The translations under genes were made by a program, and so were the position numbers. Source: Chloroflexota bacterium (GTDB taxonomy: Bacteria > Chloroflexota > UBA6077 > SHYK01). From it: a DNA stretch of 64,000 nt. Each line of letters starts with the position of its first letter. Position 1 is the first letter of the stretch. The stretch covers positions 2,282 to 66,281 of the forward strand of contig DASRDP010000084.1 of assembly GCA_035652535.1 (NCBI GenBank). The letters are read 5' to 3'. Below are positions 16,807 through 25,624 of the stretch, one piece after another. The notes beneath the pieces were generated by a model. It made no database searches. It saw only the letters and a program-made list of their open reading frames with translations, and was not told the DNA's origin.

Positions 16807-16857
16807 CTGCTGCCCTGAAGGGTGCGGGATGATGGGGCCGCCGCCCTGAAGGGCGGG
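16807..16857. repeat. Two further copies of the CCGCCCTGAAGGGCGG hairpin (one degenerate) at the right edge of the VapBC islet
   Basis: CTGCTGCCCTGAAGGGTGCGGG at 16807-16828 and CCGCCCTGAAGGGCGGG at 16841-16857, compared with CTGCCGCCCTGAAGGGCGGG at 15701-15720. Confidence 0.85.
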
Positions 16858-17041
16858 TCAGTGTTTCGCCCCTCGGCCCGCCGTTTCCGGCGGCGGGCGA
16901 CGCAGCCCCCCGACCGGCGGGCCTGCCTGGACCGCTTTCCGCGCCCCCGTGACTGCGGCGCACGCTGGGGATATGCTGTTGGGCGATGGCAACGCGGCTT
17001 CGCGCGACGCGCGGGGCCCGACGCGGAGAGGGGGCTAAGTC

Positions 17042-18703
17042 ATGCCGTTCGATCTGGTCATTCGCAACGGAACGGTCATCGACGGGACCGGCGCGCCGCG
17101 GTTCGATGCCGACGTCGGCGTGGAGGGCGACCGAATCACGGCGATCGCGCCCAAGCTGGGGCCGGGCGCGCGAGAGATCGACGCGCGCGGCCACGTGGTG
17201 GCGCCGGGATTCATCGACGCTCACACCCACATGGACCTGTTCCTCGTCCTCTACCCCCACGGCAACCCGGTCGTGAACTTCGGAGTGACGACGGTGGTGA
17301 TCGGGGACTGCGGCGCGTCCGTTGCCCCCGTGCCCGACGGGACGGAGCCGACCGCGGTGCTGGTGAACTACCTGCGTCGAGTGTTGGACGACTACATCGA
17401 CGCCGACGCGTGGCAGTGGAAGAGCTACCCAGATTACCTCGCTTACCTACGGGGGAAGGTCGGCATCAACGTCGCCGCGCTCGTGCCCCATTCGCCGGTG
17501 CGGCTGGCCGTGATGGGCGAGGCCGCGTATCAGCGGGAAGCGTCGCCGGACGAGATCACCGCCATGCAGCGCATGGTGCGGGAGGCGATGCGGGCCGGCG
17601 CCGTCGGCTTCTCGACGAGCCCGCGGGGCGGGCCGGAAGTCCACGCGGGGACGCCCAGCACATTTGCGACGCAGGACGAGATCGTGGCGCTGGCCGACGT
17701 CGCACGGGAGTACGGCGGGTGCTTCCAGTTCAACGGCTTCGGCAACCTCATCAAGCCGGAGACGGGAGCGGCCGCGCTCCTTGAACGCATCAATTCCCTC
17801 ATGATCGGCAACGAGTTCCGCCTCCATCCGGGCGAGCCCGACGAGGCGGCGCGATCCCTCGCCTTCATGGAGGACGCGAGCCTTCGTGGGAAAGATCTGA
17901 CCGGTGTGGTCATCCCGTACCAGCACATCCGCCGCTTCGGCGTCAACGACGCGTTCCTCTTCGACGGGCTGCCGGCGTGGGAGGAGCTGAAGGGAAGCGG
18001 TGGCGACCGACGCGCCCGGCTGCTGGACCCGGACTTTCGCCGCCGGCTGGAGCGGGAGCGGATAGCAGGCGCAGGGAAACCCGCGTTCCCGGAGTGGAAC
18101 GGCTGGGGGAGCGTGGTGTTCGACCGAATGGACCGCGCCGGTCTCAAGCAGCTCGAGGCGCGGGACGTGGCGGAGGTCGCGCGGGCGTCCGGGAAGGAGC
18201 CGGCGGACGCGTTCTTCGACGCCTGGGTCGAGGACGACCTGCGCTCGCGCTTCGTCTATCGCGGCCTCGCCAACGGGAACCTGGATGACCTTGCCGAGAT
18301 GATTCGCTCCCCGCACAGCTTGATCGGCACCGACTGCGGCGCGCACCTCGACCGCTTCTTCTGGCACGGCACGCCCGCGCGCCTCATCGGCCACTGGTGG
18401 CGGGAGAAACAGCTCTTTCCGAGCCTCGAGCAGGCGGTGTGGAAGATCACGGGGTACCCGGCGGAGAAGCTCGGCTTCGAGCGGGGACGCATCCAGCTCG
18501 GGCTGCCGGCCGACATCACGGTCTTCGACCCGAACCGCTATCAGGACCTGGTCATGGAGCGGCTACCAGAGCGGGTGGACGCCGCCGAGGTGCAGCGGCA
18601 CCCGCCGGGAGTCCACGCGGTCGTCGTCAACGGTCAGGTCGTCGTCGAGGACGGCGAGTGCATGGACGCCTTTCCTGGCATCGTCGCGCGCCGAGATCTG
18701 TAG
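17042..18703 (+). CDS. N-acyl-D-amino-acid deacylase (D-aminoacylase) family amidohydrolase
   Basis: 553 aa. N-terminus DLVIRNGTVIDGTGAPRFDADVGVEGDRITAI...GFIDAHTHMD is typical of the D-aminoacylase family. Confidence 0.8.
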   Translation: MPFDLVIRNGTVIDGTGAPRFDADVGVEGDRITAIAPKLGPGAREIDARGHVVAPGFIDAHTHMDLFLVLYPHGNPVVNFGVTTVVIGDCGASVAPVPDGTEPTAVLVNYLRRVLDDYIDADAWQWKSYPDYLAYLRGKVGINVAALVPHSPVRLAVMGEAAYQREASPDEITAMQRMVREAMRAGAVGFSTSPRGGPEVHAGTPSTFATQDEIVALADVAREYGGCFQFNGFGNLIKPETGAAALLERINSLMIGNEFRLHPGEPDEAARSLAFMEDASLRGKDLTGVVIPYQHIRRFGVNDAFLFDGLPAWEELKGSGGDRRARLLDPDFRRRLERERIAGAGKPAFPEWNGWGSVVFDRMDRAGLKQLEARDVAEVARASGKEPADAFFDAWVEDDLRSRFVYRGLANGNLDDLAEMIRSPHSLIGTDCGAHLDRFFWHGTPARLIGHWWREKQLFPSLEQAVWKITGYPAEKLGFERGRIQLGLPADITVFDPNRYQDLVMERLPERVDAAEVQRHPPGVHAVVVNGQVVVEDGECMDAFPGIVARRDL

Positions 18704-18940
18704 CCCGCACCCCCACTGCGGCAGGTGCTGGAGTTCCCCTCCCCCTCGAGGCGACGGGGGGTGGGAGTGACACCCCCCATCCCCGCCTTCCCCCGCAATG
18801 GGGGGGAGGAGCAGACCACTCCCCTCTCTCCCGCGGTCGGGGAGGCGGGTACGGGACGAGGTGACACCCCCCATCCCCGCCTTCCCCCGCAAGGGGGAAG
18901 GGGCGATCAATCCCCTCTCGCTCGACCTCGACGGGGGAGA
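18704..18940. repeat. Family-1 G/C-rich element array (about 2.5 tandem units, 85-94 bp spacing)
   Basis: An identical 32-mer GTGACACCCCCCATCCCCGCCTTCCCCCGCAA occurs at 18767-18798 and 18861-18892. Units begin with TCCCCTC at 18735, 18820 and 18911. There is a 9-bp stem with a GCAA loop at 18880-18901. Confidence 0.9.
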
Positions 18941-18957
18941 TGGCGGCTCCGCCGAGC

Positions 18958-19965
18958 TTAGAGCGCGCCCTGCTCGCGGTAGTAGCGCTCCGCGGCCGGA
19001 TGGAGCGGCACGTCGAGCGGGCACGCGTCCGAGCTGATGCAGAGGTCGCGCAGCGTCACCGTCCCCTCCGCATCCCACTGCACGAGCGGGCGCACCGCGT
19101 CGAGCGCTTTGGCCATCGCGTACGCCAGCTCGTCGGACAGGTCGGCCCGAGTGAAGAGCGGCCATCCGCTGAAGCTCACCGCGGTCACGTCCTCGTTCAG
19201 CTCCGGGAACTCGTCGCGCGCCACGGGGATGACGGGCCACCCCAGCTCGCGGATGCGCGCCTCGCCGGCGGCGCCGAGGGACAGGAACTCCATCCCGGAC
19301 TCGAGGGCGATGTGCCCCCAACCGGAGATCCCTTCGTCGAACACCGCGTCCACGGACCCGTCGCGCATGCCATTGATCCGCGCGGCTTCGCGTGGCCGCT
19401 CGATGAGCTGAAGAGAGCCGCCCCACCGCTCCACGTCGGCGAGCGAGAAGCCGTAGGCTCCCAGCACCTGGTCGACGACGAAGCGGGTGGCATTCTTCGG
19501 GTCGGCACGGACGGAGATTCGCAGCGGCACCCGTCGCTCGGCGATCTCAGCCACCGACGAGATGCCGTGGCGCCGCGAGACGGCGAACACGTGCCAGTCC
19601 AGCGACGGCATGACGCCGATGGCGCGAAGGGGGAGGGGACGGCTGAAGGGGCCCACGCCTCGGTAGGCCATCGTGAGATACGCTGATGGGTTGAAGACGC
19701 CCAGGTCAATCCGGCCGCTCGCCACCTCCTCCGCGGGGTTCGGCGTGTCCGACGCGAGGACCACGCGCGGGGCAAAGGGCCCGTTCCTGGCGGAACCGAC
19801 CGACACGCGGATCTCGCGAAGGGCGCCATCGAGGGTCGTCCGGTCGAACGTGAGCGCGACCGCCATTTGCGCGATGGCGAAGGTGCGAATGTCCGGCGCG
19901 TTGGGCGGGCGAAATGGATCCGCGTCCCGGGTCGCCGCCGATCGAAAGGGCACCGCCTCTGCCAT
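18958..19965 (-). CDS. TAXI-family (TRAP solute-receptor-like) binding-fold protein with no signal peptide
   Basis: Probable ATG 19965 (GGGGGAAG upstream; the track ORF extends to 20085). C-terminal VPLHPAAERYYREQGAL and an AY.G.GPF core resemble TAXI receptors. The N-terminus is hydrophilic. Confidence 0.55.
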   Translation of the reverse strand: MAEAVPFRSAATRDADPFRPPNAPDIRTFAIAQMAVALTFDRTTLDGALREIRVSVGSARNGPFAPRVVLASDTPNPAEEVASGRIDLGVFNPSAYLTMAYRGVGPFSRPLPLRAIGVMPSLDWHVFAVSRRHGISSVAEIAERRVPLRISVRADPKNATRFVVDQVLGAYGFSLADVERWGGSLQLIERPREAARINGMRDGSVDAVFDEGISGWGHIALESGMEFLSLGAAGEARIRELGWPVIPVARDEFPELNEDVTAVSFSGWPLFTRADLSDELAYAMAKALDAVRPLVQWDAEGTVTLRDLCISSDACPLDVPLHPAAERYYREQGAL

Positions 19966-20050
19966 GCTTCCCCCTTGTCCGCCCTCGCTTGGGCGCGAAA
20001 GATCCGTTATTCTCGCATAGCTACAGTTGGCCGTTTCTGAGGAGGATGTC

Positions 20051-21211
20051 GTGAGGAATGGATTTCGTGTGTACGATGCGGACACCCACGTGCATGCGAC
20101 CGCGGAGAGCTTGAAACCGCATCTCAGCGCGGCGCTCCGCGAGCGCCTGCCAAATCTCGATGAGTTCGAGTCGCCATTTCGGACTGGCTGGGCCGGCGAG
20201 AAGCTCGAGCCGCCCTACCGCCACCTGTTCCGCTTCGAGCGCCGGGGTGGATGGGGCGGCGGACAGCCCCGGGTCCTGGGCGAGGCGGCTCCGCGAGAAA
20301 ACGCGTCGCGGGAGTTCCAGCACTTCATGGGGCGAGTCTTTCCCACGCCCGGAAGCTCGGATTACGACCCCGATGCCCGCATTCGCGACATGGACCGGGA
20401 AGGGGTAGACGTCCACATGATGGTGCCGGCCGGCCCCGTCGGCCACGCCGATCCGTGGATCGAGATGGAGTTCATTCGTGCCAACCATCGTTATCTCGAC
20501 GCCTTCTGCAGCGAATATCCCCACCGCCTGAAATCACTCATCGTCGTAACGCCGCGGTCCATCGAGGCGTCCGTTGAGGAGATCAAGCGGTGGGCGGGAT
20601 CGCCGTGGGCGGTGGGCGTGCAGCCGCACTTCCCGCTCGACTACCCGCTCGATCATCCGGACATGGACGCCATCTGGGCGGCAGCCGCCGACGCGGACCT
20701 GTGCATCGTGCACCACAGCTTCGCGTGGGGCTATCCGGGGTACCGGGATCTCTGGGACAACCCCTTCCTCGGGCGGATGGGCTCGCACCCATGGGCAGCC
20801 ATGCGCGCCGTGGCGGCCTTCTTCGGTTCGGGGATCATGGACCGCTTCCCGAGCATTCGCTTCGGAATTCTCGAATCGGGTTTCGGCTGGCTGCCGTTCT
20901 GGGCGCGCCGGATGGACGACCAGGCCGTATACATGGGGTACGTCGCGGAGAACCTGCAGCACAAGCTCAGCGAGTACATGACCGGCGGCCGGTTCTTCGC
21001 CAGCATCGTTCTCCACGAGGGGGAGCGAATGGCGCGCATGGTGATGGATGACCTGGGCGATCACGTCCTCATGTTCGGCTCGGACTATCCGCATGCTGAA
21101 TCGCGGTTTCCGGACTCGGCGGACACGGTGCTCGCGTGGTCGTCGCTCACCCCAGAGCGCATCCAGAAGCTGATGTGGGACAACCCGGTTCGCTTCTTTG
21201 GAGAGCCCTGA
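20051..21211 (+). CDS. Amidohydrolase_2 (ACMSD/LigW-type, COG2159) family protein, AH-1
   Basis: GTG 20051 is 4 nt after GAGGAGGA (20039-20046). Motifs: N-terminal YDADTHVH and C-terminal FGSDYPH. Confidence 0.8.
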   Translation: MRNGFRVYDADTHVHATAESLKPHLSAALRERLPNLDEFESPFRTGWAGEKLEPPYRHLFRFERRGGWGGGQPRVLGEAAPRENASREFQHFMGRVFPTPGSSDYDPDARIRDMDREGVDVHMMVPAGPVGHADPWIEMEFIRANHRYLDAFCSEYPHRLKSLIVVTPRSIEASVEEIKRWAGSPWAVGVQPHFPLDYPLDHPDMDAIWAAAADADLCIVHHSFAWGYPGYRDLWDNPFLGRMGSHPWAAMRAVAAFFGSGIMDRFPSIRFGILESGFGWLPFWARRMDDQAVYMGYVAENLQHKLSEYMTGGRFFASIVLHEGERMARMVMDDLGDHVLMFGSDYPHAESRFPDSADTVLAWSSLTPERIQKLMWDNPVRFFGEP

Positions 21212-22920
21212 TGCGCGTCGCCGGATGGCTCTTGGTCGCGCTGCTGGCCGCGAGCTGCGCGGGGCGCGCCGGCGCCCCTCCATCGTCAGCTCGCGAGGCT
21301 TCCGGCGGGGGCCAGGCCACGGCGTCGACGTCGGCTCCCAAGCGCATTGTCGCCGCGATCATGGGTGACCCGTTCACCGTCTACAACAAGCTGAATATCG
21401 CCAACTCCGTGCGCGGGATTTCCGAGATCGAGCGCATGGTCCACGCGGGGCTGAGTGTGACCGACACGACCGGTCAGCTTCGGCCCGAGCTGGCCGAGGC
21501 CGTTCCTTCGACCGACAACGGGCTCTGGCGGCTCCTCCCCGACGGCGGGATGGAGACCGAATGGCACATTCGCAGGGGGACCGTCTGGCAGGACGGCACG
21601 CCCTTTACCGCCGACGATCTCGTCTTTACGGTCGGCGTCTTGACCGACCCGGAGCTTCCGGTCTTTCGGCATCAGGGCTATCCCCTCATCCAGGGAGTCG
21701 AGGCCATCGATCCACAAACGGTCCTGGTGCGTTGGCGCCGACCCTACATCGACGCGGATCATCTCTTCAGCGACTCTATGGGGATGCCGCTCCCCCGCCA
21801 CCTCCTTGCCGACGCATACGCGACCGAGGAGAAGTCCAACTTCACGCAGCTCCCGTTCTGGAGCACGGATTTCGTCGGGCTCGGCCCTTTCAAGCTCAAG
21901 GAATGGGAGCGCGGCAGCCACGTCATCGTCGAGGCGAACGATCGGTTCGTCCTGGGCCGACCGAAGATCGACGAGATCGAGATCCGCACGATCCCCGATA
22001 CGAATGCGATTGTGGCGAGCGTGCTCTCCGGCAACGTCGACGTCGTTCTCGGCCGCGCCCTATCGGCGGACCAGGCGCTGCAGCTCCGCGACCGTTGGCC
22101 GGAGGGAAAGATCGAGACGCCGGTCACGAGTCTGATGATGATGTATCCCCAGCTGCTCAACCCCACGCCGGCGGTCGTGCTCGATCTGACGTTCCGGCGC
22201 TCGGTGCTGGAGGCCATCGACCGACAGCTCCTGGCGGACAGCATCGACTATGGCCTGACGCCGCCGGCCGATGGGTTCCTGGAGCCGACGCGGCAGGAGT
22301 ACAAGGACACCGAGGCGGCGATCGTCCGCTACCCGTACGACCCGCGGCTCGCAGGCCAGCAGATCGAGCGGCTGGGGTATGCGAAGGGGAACGACGGCTT
22401 CTTCCGCGACGCGACCGGCCAGCAGCTTCATCTCGAGATCCGGGCGACAGCGGGGGAGATCAATCCGAAGACGATGTACGCCGTCTCCGACATGCTGCAG
22501 CAGCTCGGCATCGCCGTCGATCCGGTCGTCATCCCGCTGCAGCGGGTCTCTGACGAGGAGTACCGCTCCCAGTTCCCCTCGTTCACTGTCAACGGGCAGC
22601 CCATCGATCTGCGCTTCTTCTCCCGCTTCCACAGCAATCAGGCGCGGCTGGCGGAGAACAACTTCGTGGGCGAAAATCGTTCGCGGTACATGAACCCGGA
22701 CCTGGATGCGCTCATCGACCGTTACCTGGTAACGATCCCGCACGCGGAGCGCGTGGCGCTCGAGAGCGAGATCACCCACCACGTGACCGAGAACCTACCG
22801 CTGCTCCCGCTCTTCTACGACACGTGGCCGGGCGTCACCAGCAAGCGGCTGGCCAACGTTGGCGCGGCGGCGTCGGGCGGCGACGCGGCATGGAACGCGC
22901 GGGAGTGGGACACGGCGTAG
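21211..22920 (+). CDS. Family-5 (peptide/nickel-type) ABC substrate-binding lipoprotein, SBP5-1
   Basis: ATG 21211 shares one nt with the AH-1 stop (TGATG). Signal sequence MRVAGWLLVALLAASC. Family block PDGGMETEWHIRRGTVWQDGTPFTADDLVF ... GRPKIDEIEIRTIPD. Confidence 0.85.
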   Translation: MRVAGWLLVALLAASCAGRAGAPPSSAREASGGGQATASTSAPKRIVAAIMGDPFTVYNKLNIANSVRGISEIERMVHAGLSVTDTTGQLRPELAEAVPSTDNGLWRLLPDGGMETEWHIRRGTVWQDGTPFTADDLVFTVGVLTDPELPVFRHQGYPLIQGVEAIDPQTVLVRWRRPYIDADHLFSDSMGMPLPRHLLADAYATEEKSNFTQLPFWSTDFVGLGPFKLKEWERGSHVIVEANDRFVLGRPKIDEIEIRTIPDTNAIVASVLSGNVDVVLGRALSADQALQLRDRWPEGKIETPVTSLMMMYPQLLNPTPAVVLDLTFRRSVLEAIDRQLLADSIDYGLTPPADGFLEPTRQEYKDTEAAIVRYPYDPRLAGQQIERLGYAKGNDGFFRDATGQQLHLEIRATAGEINPKTMYAVSDMLQQLGIAVDPVVIPLQRVSDEEYRSQFPSFTVNGQPIDLRFFSRFHSNQARLAENNFVGENRSRYMNPDLDALIDRYLVTIPHAERVALESEITHHVTENLPLLPLFYDTWPGVTSKRLANVGAAASGGDAAWNAREWDTA

Positions 22921-22998
22921 CGCGGGCGAGGCGACGCTCCGACTCCCTTCACTGCCGTAGAGGAGGAGGATCGGAGCGTCAACGGGGCGCCCTCACCC

Positions 22999-23047
22999 GG
23001 CCGCGCCCACGGGCGCGGCCGGCCTCGCCCACCGCGGTGGGCGAGGC
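22999..23047. terminator. Two adjacent GC-rich hairpins between convergent genes
   Basis: GGCCGCGCC-CACG-GGCGCGGCC at 22999-23020 and GCCTCGCCC-ACCGCGGT-GGGCGAGGC at 23022-23047. No U-tract. Confidence 0.4.
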
Positions 23048-23128
23048 GAGAGCCGGTCTCTCTTCCGTGCCGCAGCGGGGCCCTTCGACTGGCTCAGGGC
23101 GAGCGGAACCACGTGCTGAAGGGACCCA

Positions 23129-24130
23129 TCATGGCTCCACCGGCTCGGCACGAGCGGCCCCTTGGGCCTCGGCGGCGATCTCGCTGAGCAGGCGGAAGTC
23201 GATGTTCCCGCCGCTCAACACCAGCACCACGCGCTTGCCGGGCATCCCTACCGCGCCGCTCATGAGCGCGGCGAGGGGGACGGCCCCCGCGCCCTCGGCG
23301 ACCAGCTTCGCCCGCTGCAGGAGCGCCGCGACGGCGGGGCGGATGTCGGCGTCGGACACCTCGATGGCGTCGTCGACACACCGCTGGATGACCGCAAAGG
23401 GAATGGCGCCGAGTCGCTCGACCGCGATCCCGTCCGCGATGGTGTCGCCCACCGGAACGGCGACCGGCGATCCAGCCTTGAGTGACGCGGACAGGGAGGG
23501 CGCGGCGGCGGATTGCACGCCGATCACGGCTGCGCCCGGAAGCGAGGCCTTCACCGCCAGCGCGACGCCGGCGATGAGCCCGCCGCCGCCGACGGGAACG
23601 AGGACCGCGTCGAACTCGGACAGCTCATCGAGGATCTCGAGGCCGATGGTGCCCTGGCCGGCGACGATGGCGGGGTCGTCGAAGCCGGGAATCATCGTCA
23701 GGCCGCGCTCCCGCTGCACCTCCACCGCCCGGTCGTGGGCGTCGTCGTAGTGCGCGCCGTGCAGGATCACCTCGGCGCCGTATGCCCGTGATGCCGCGAC
23801 CTTGCCTTCGGGCGCTGTCGCGGGCATCACCACCACGGCGGTGACGCCCGTGAGCGCGGCCGCAACTGCGACACCCTGCGCATGGTTGCCCGCGCTGGCC
23901 GCGACCACGCCGCGTTGTCGCTGCTCGGGCGCGAGCTGGAGGATCTTGTTGAGGGCGCCGCGCAGCTTGAAGGACCCGGTGCGCTGGAGCATCTCGGCCT
24001 TCACGAAGAGGTCGAGCCCGAGCCTGCGGCTCAAGGCATGGGAGTGGAAGAGCGGCGTGCGCCGCACCGCGGTTCGAATGCGCTGGCGCGCGGAGACGAT
24101 ATCTTCAAAGGAAACGGGCATCGGATCCAC
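23129..24130 (-). CDS. PLP-dependent threonine/serine dehydratase-like enzyme (fold-type II)
   Basis: 333 aa. PLP-lysine motif TGSFKLRGALNK and glycine loop GGGGLIAG. GTG 24130 has GAGGTG 8 nt upstream. Confidence 0.8.
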   Translation of the reverse strand: MDPMPVSFEDIVSARQRIRTAVRRTPLFHSHALSRRLGLDLFVKAEMLQRTGSFKLRGALNKILQLAPEQRQRGVVAASAGNHAQGVAVAAALTGVTAVVVMPATAPEGKVAASRAYGAEVILHGAHYDDAHDRAVEVQRERGLTMIPGFDDPAIVAGQGTIGLEILDELSEFDAVLVPVGGGGLIAGVALAVKASLPGAAVIGVQSAAAPSLSASLKAGSPVAVPVGDTIADGIAVERLGAIPFAVIQRCVDDAIEVSDADIRPAVAALLQRAKLVAEGAGAVPLAALMSGAVGMPGKRVVLVLSGGNIDFRLLSEIAAEAQGAARAEPVEP

Positions 24131-24350
24131 GGGCCGCGCACCTCATCGATGGGCTCAGGGATCGTCGTGGCAGTGTACGGCATCCCCGGCGCCGTCGCGC
24201 CGCCCGACGGCGCCCCGCGGGCGGATCGGAGCGTCCGTCTCGCCCGGATTCGGCTGGCGCCCGTAGAATAGCGGTGTCGTGGGCGCTCGCGCGCACGCTG
24301 GAGCGCTGGCGAGCCCGCGCGCGGTCGGATGTCACGAGGAGGTGTCGCCG

Positions 24351-25541
24351 ATGTTGACGGCAGAGGAGAACGAACGACTTACCCAGGTTGGGCCTGGCAC
24401 GCCGATGGGGGAGCTTCTTCGGCGGTACTGGCACCCGATCGCTGCGACCCTCGACCTGGACTCGGACCCGGTGCGCCCCGTCCGTCTGCTGGGCGAGAAT
24501 CTGGTCTTGTATCGGGATGAGGCGGGCCGGATCGGGCTCGTCGCCGAGCGGTGCGCCCATCGCGGCATCTCGCTGGCATACGGCATCCCGCAAACGGGTG
24601 GGCTCCGCTGCGCGTATCACGGCTGGACCTACGACCAGCAGGGCCACGTCGTCGACATGCCGTTTGAGCCTGCGTGCCTCCCCCTCAAGATCGCCGCGTA
24701 CCCGGTGGAGGAGTTCGCTGGCCTGATCTGGGCTTACCTCGGACCTCAGCCAGCGCCGCTGGTGCCCCACTGGGACCTGCTCACGCGCGATGATCTGGAC
24801 AAGCAGATCTCGATCCGCGAGCTGCCGTGCAACTGGCTCCAGTGCATGGACAACTCCCTCGACCCGCTCCACTTCGAGCACCTCCACGGGGTATACGGCA
24901 ATTACCTCATGAAGAAGCTGAATCGGCCGCCGATGTTGACCGTCGCGCGGCACATCAAGCTCGATTTCGAGGTGTTCGAGTACGGGATCTACAAGCGGCG
25001 TCTCGTGGAGGGTCAGTCGGAAGACTCGACGGACTGGACGGTTGGCCATCCCATTCTTTTCCCGAACACGCTCGCGCAGGGTGGGCCCGAGCAGATGAGC
25101 ATCCAGATTCGCGTTCCCATCGATGACACGCACACGCTCCACGTCTGCCTCGACGGGATTGCGCCCCTCGGCGGGCGGCCAGCTCGGAAGGATGTGCCCG
25201 TGGTTCACGAGCCCGTCGAGTACGACGAGCTGGGGCGCGTCTTCGCCGACGTCATCGTGAAGCAGGACGAGATGGCGTGGATCGGCCAGGGACCGATCAG
25301 CGACCGCACCGCCGAGCACCTCACGACGGGCGACAAAGGGATCCTGCTGTACCGAAAAGTGATCCTCGAAAATCTCGAGAAGGTCGCCCGCGGCGAAGAC
25401 CCCATGGGGGTGATTCGGGACCCGGCGCAGAACGAGCCCTGCATCCCCATCAAGCAGGGGAGCAATTACACCGCGTTCCGGGTCGGTGTGGGCGACACGT
25501 GGCACAACCTGCCGCGCGAGGCCGTCGGCACAACCGCCTGA
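24351..25541 (+). CDS. Rieske [2Fe-2S] non-haem-iron oxygenase alpha subunit, phthalate-dioxygenase-like family
   Basis: ATG 24351 follows GAGGAGG. N-terminus EENERLTQVGPGTPMGELLRRYWHPIA. Rieske ligands CAHRG ... CAYHGW. Confidence 0.85.
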   Translation: MLTAEENERLTQVGPGTPMGELLRRYWHPIAATLDLDSDPVRPVRLLGENLVLYRDEAGRIGLVAERCAHRGISLAYGIPQTGGLRCAYHGWTYDQQGHVVDMPFEPACLPLKIAAYPVEEFAGLIWAYLGPQPAPLVPHWDLLTRDDLDKQISIRELPCNWLQCMDNSLDPLHFEHLHGVYGNYLMKKLNRPPMLTVARHIKLDFEVFEYGIYKRRLVEGQSEDSTDWTVGHPILFPNTLAQGGPEQMSIQIRVPIDDTHTLHVCLDGIAPLGGRPARKDVPVVHEPVEYDELGRVFADVIVKQDEMAWIGQGPISDRTAEHLTTGDKGILLYRKVILENLEKVARGEDPMGVIRDPAQNEPCIPIKQGSNYTAFRVGVGDTWHNLPREAVGTTA

Positions 25542-25624
25542 CGCGCCGCTGGTAGAGCAGTCCGGCGCCACCGCGCTCCGTGACTGGCCAGCCGCACGCG
25601 GCTGTCACCCGGGGTCGCGCCTCG

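Noticed and set aside
18704-18940. Possible CRISPR array (regularly spaced identical 32-mers)
   Set aside because: There are only two exact repeats. The spacers between them are themselves related to each other and to the repeat (G/C-rich, self-complementary). The spacing is irregular (85-94 bp). No cas genes are present. This is better explained as a tandem REP-like element.
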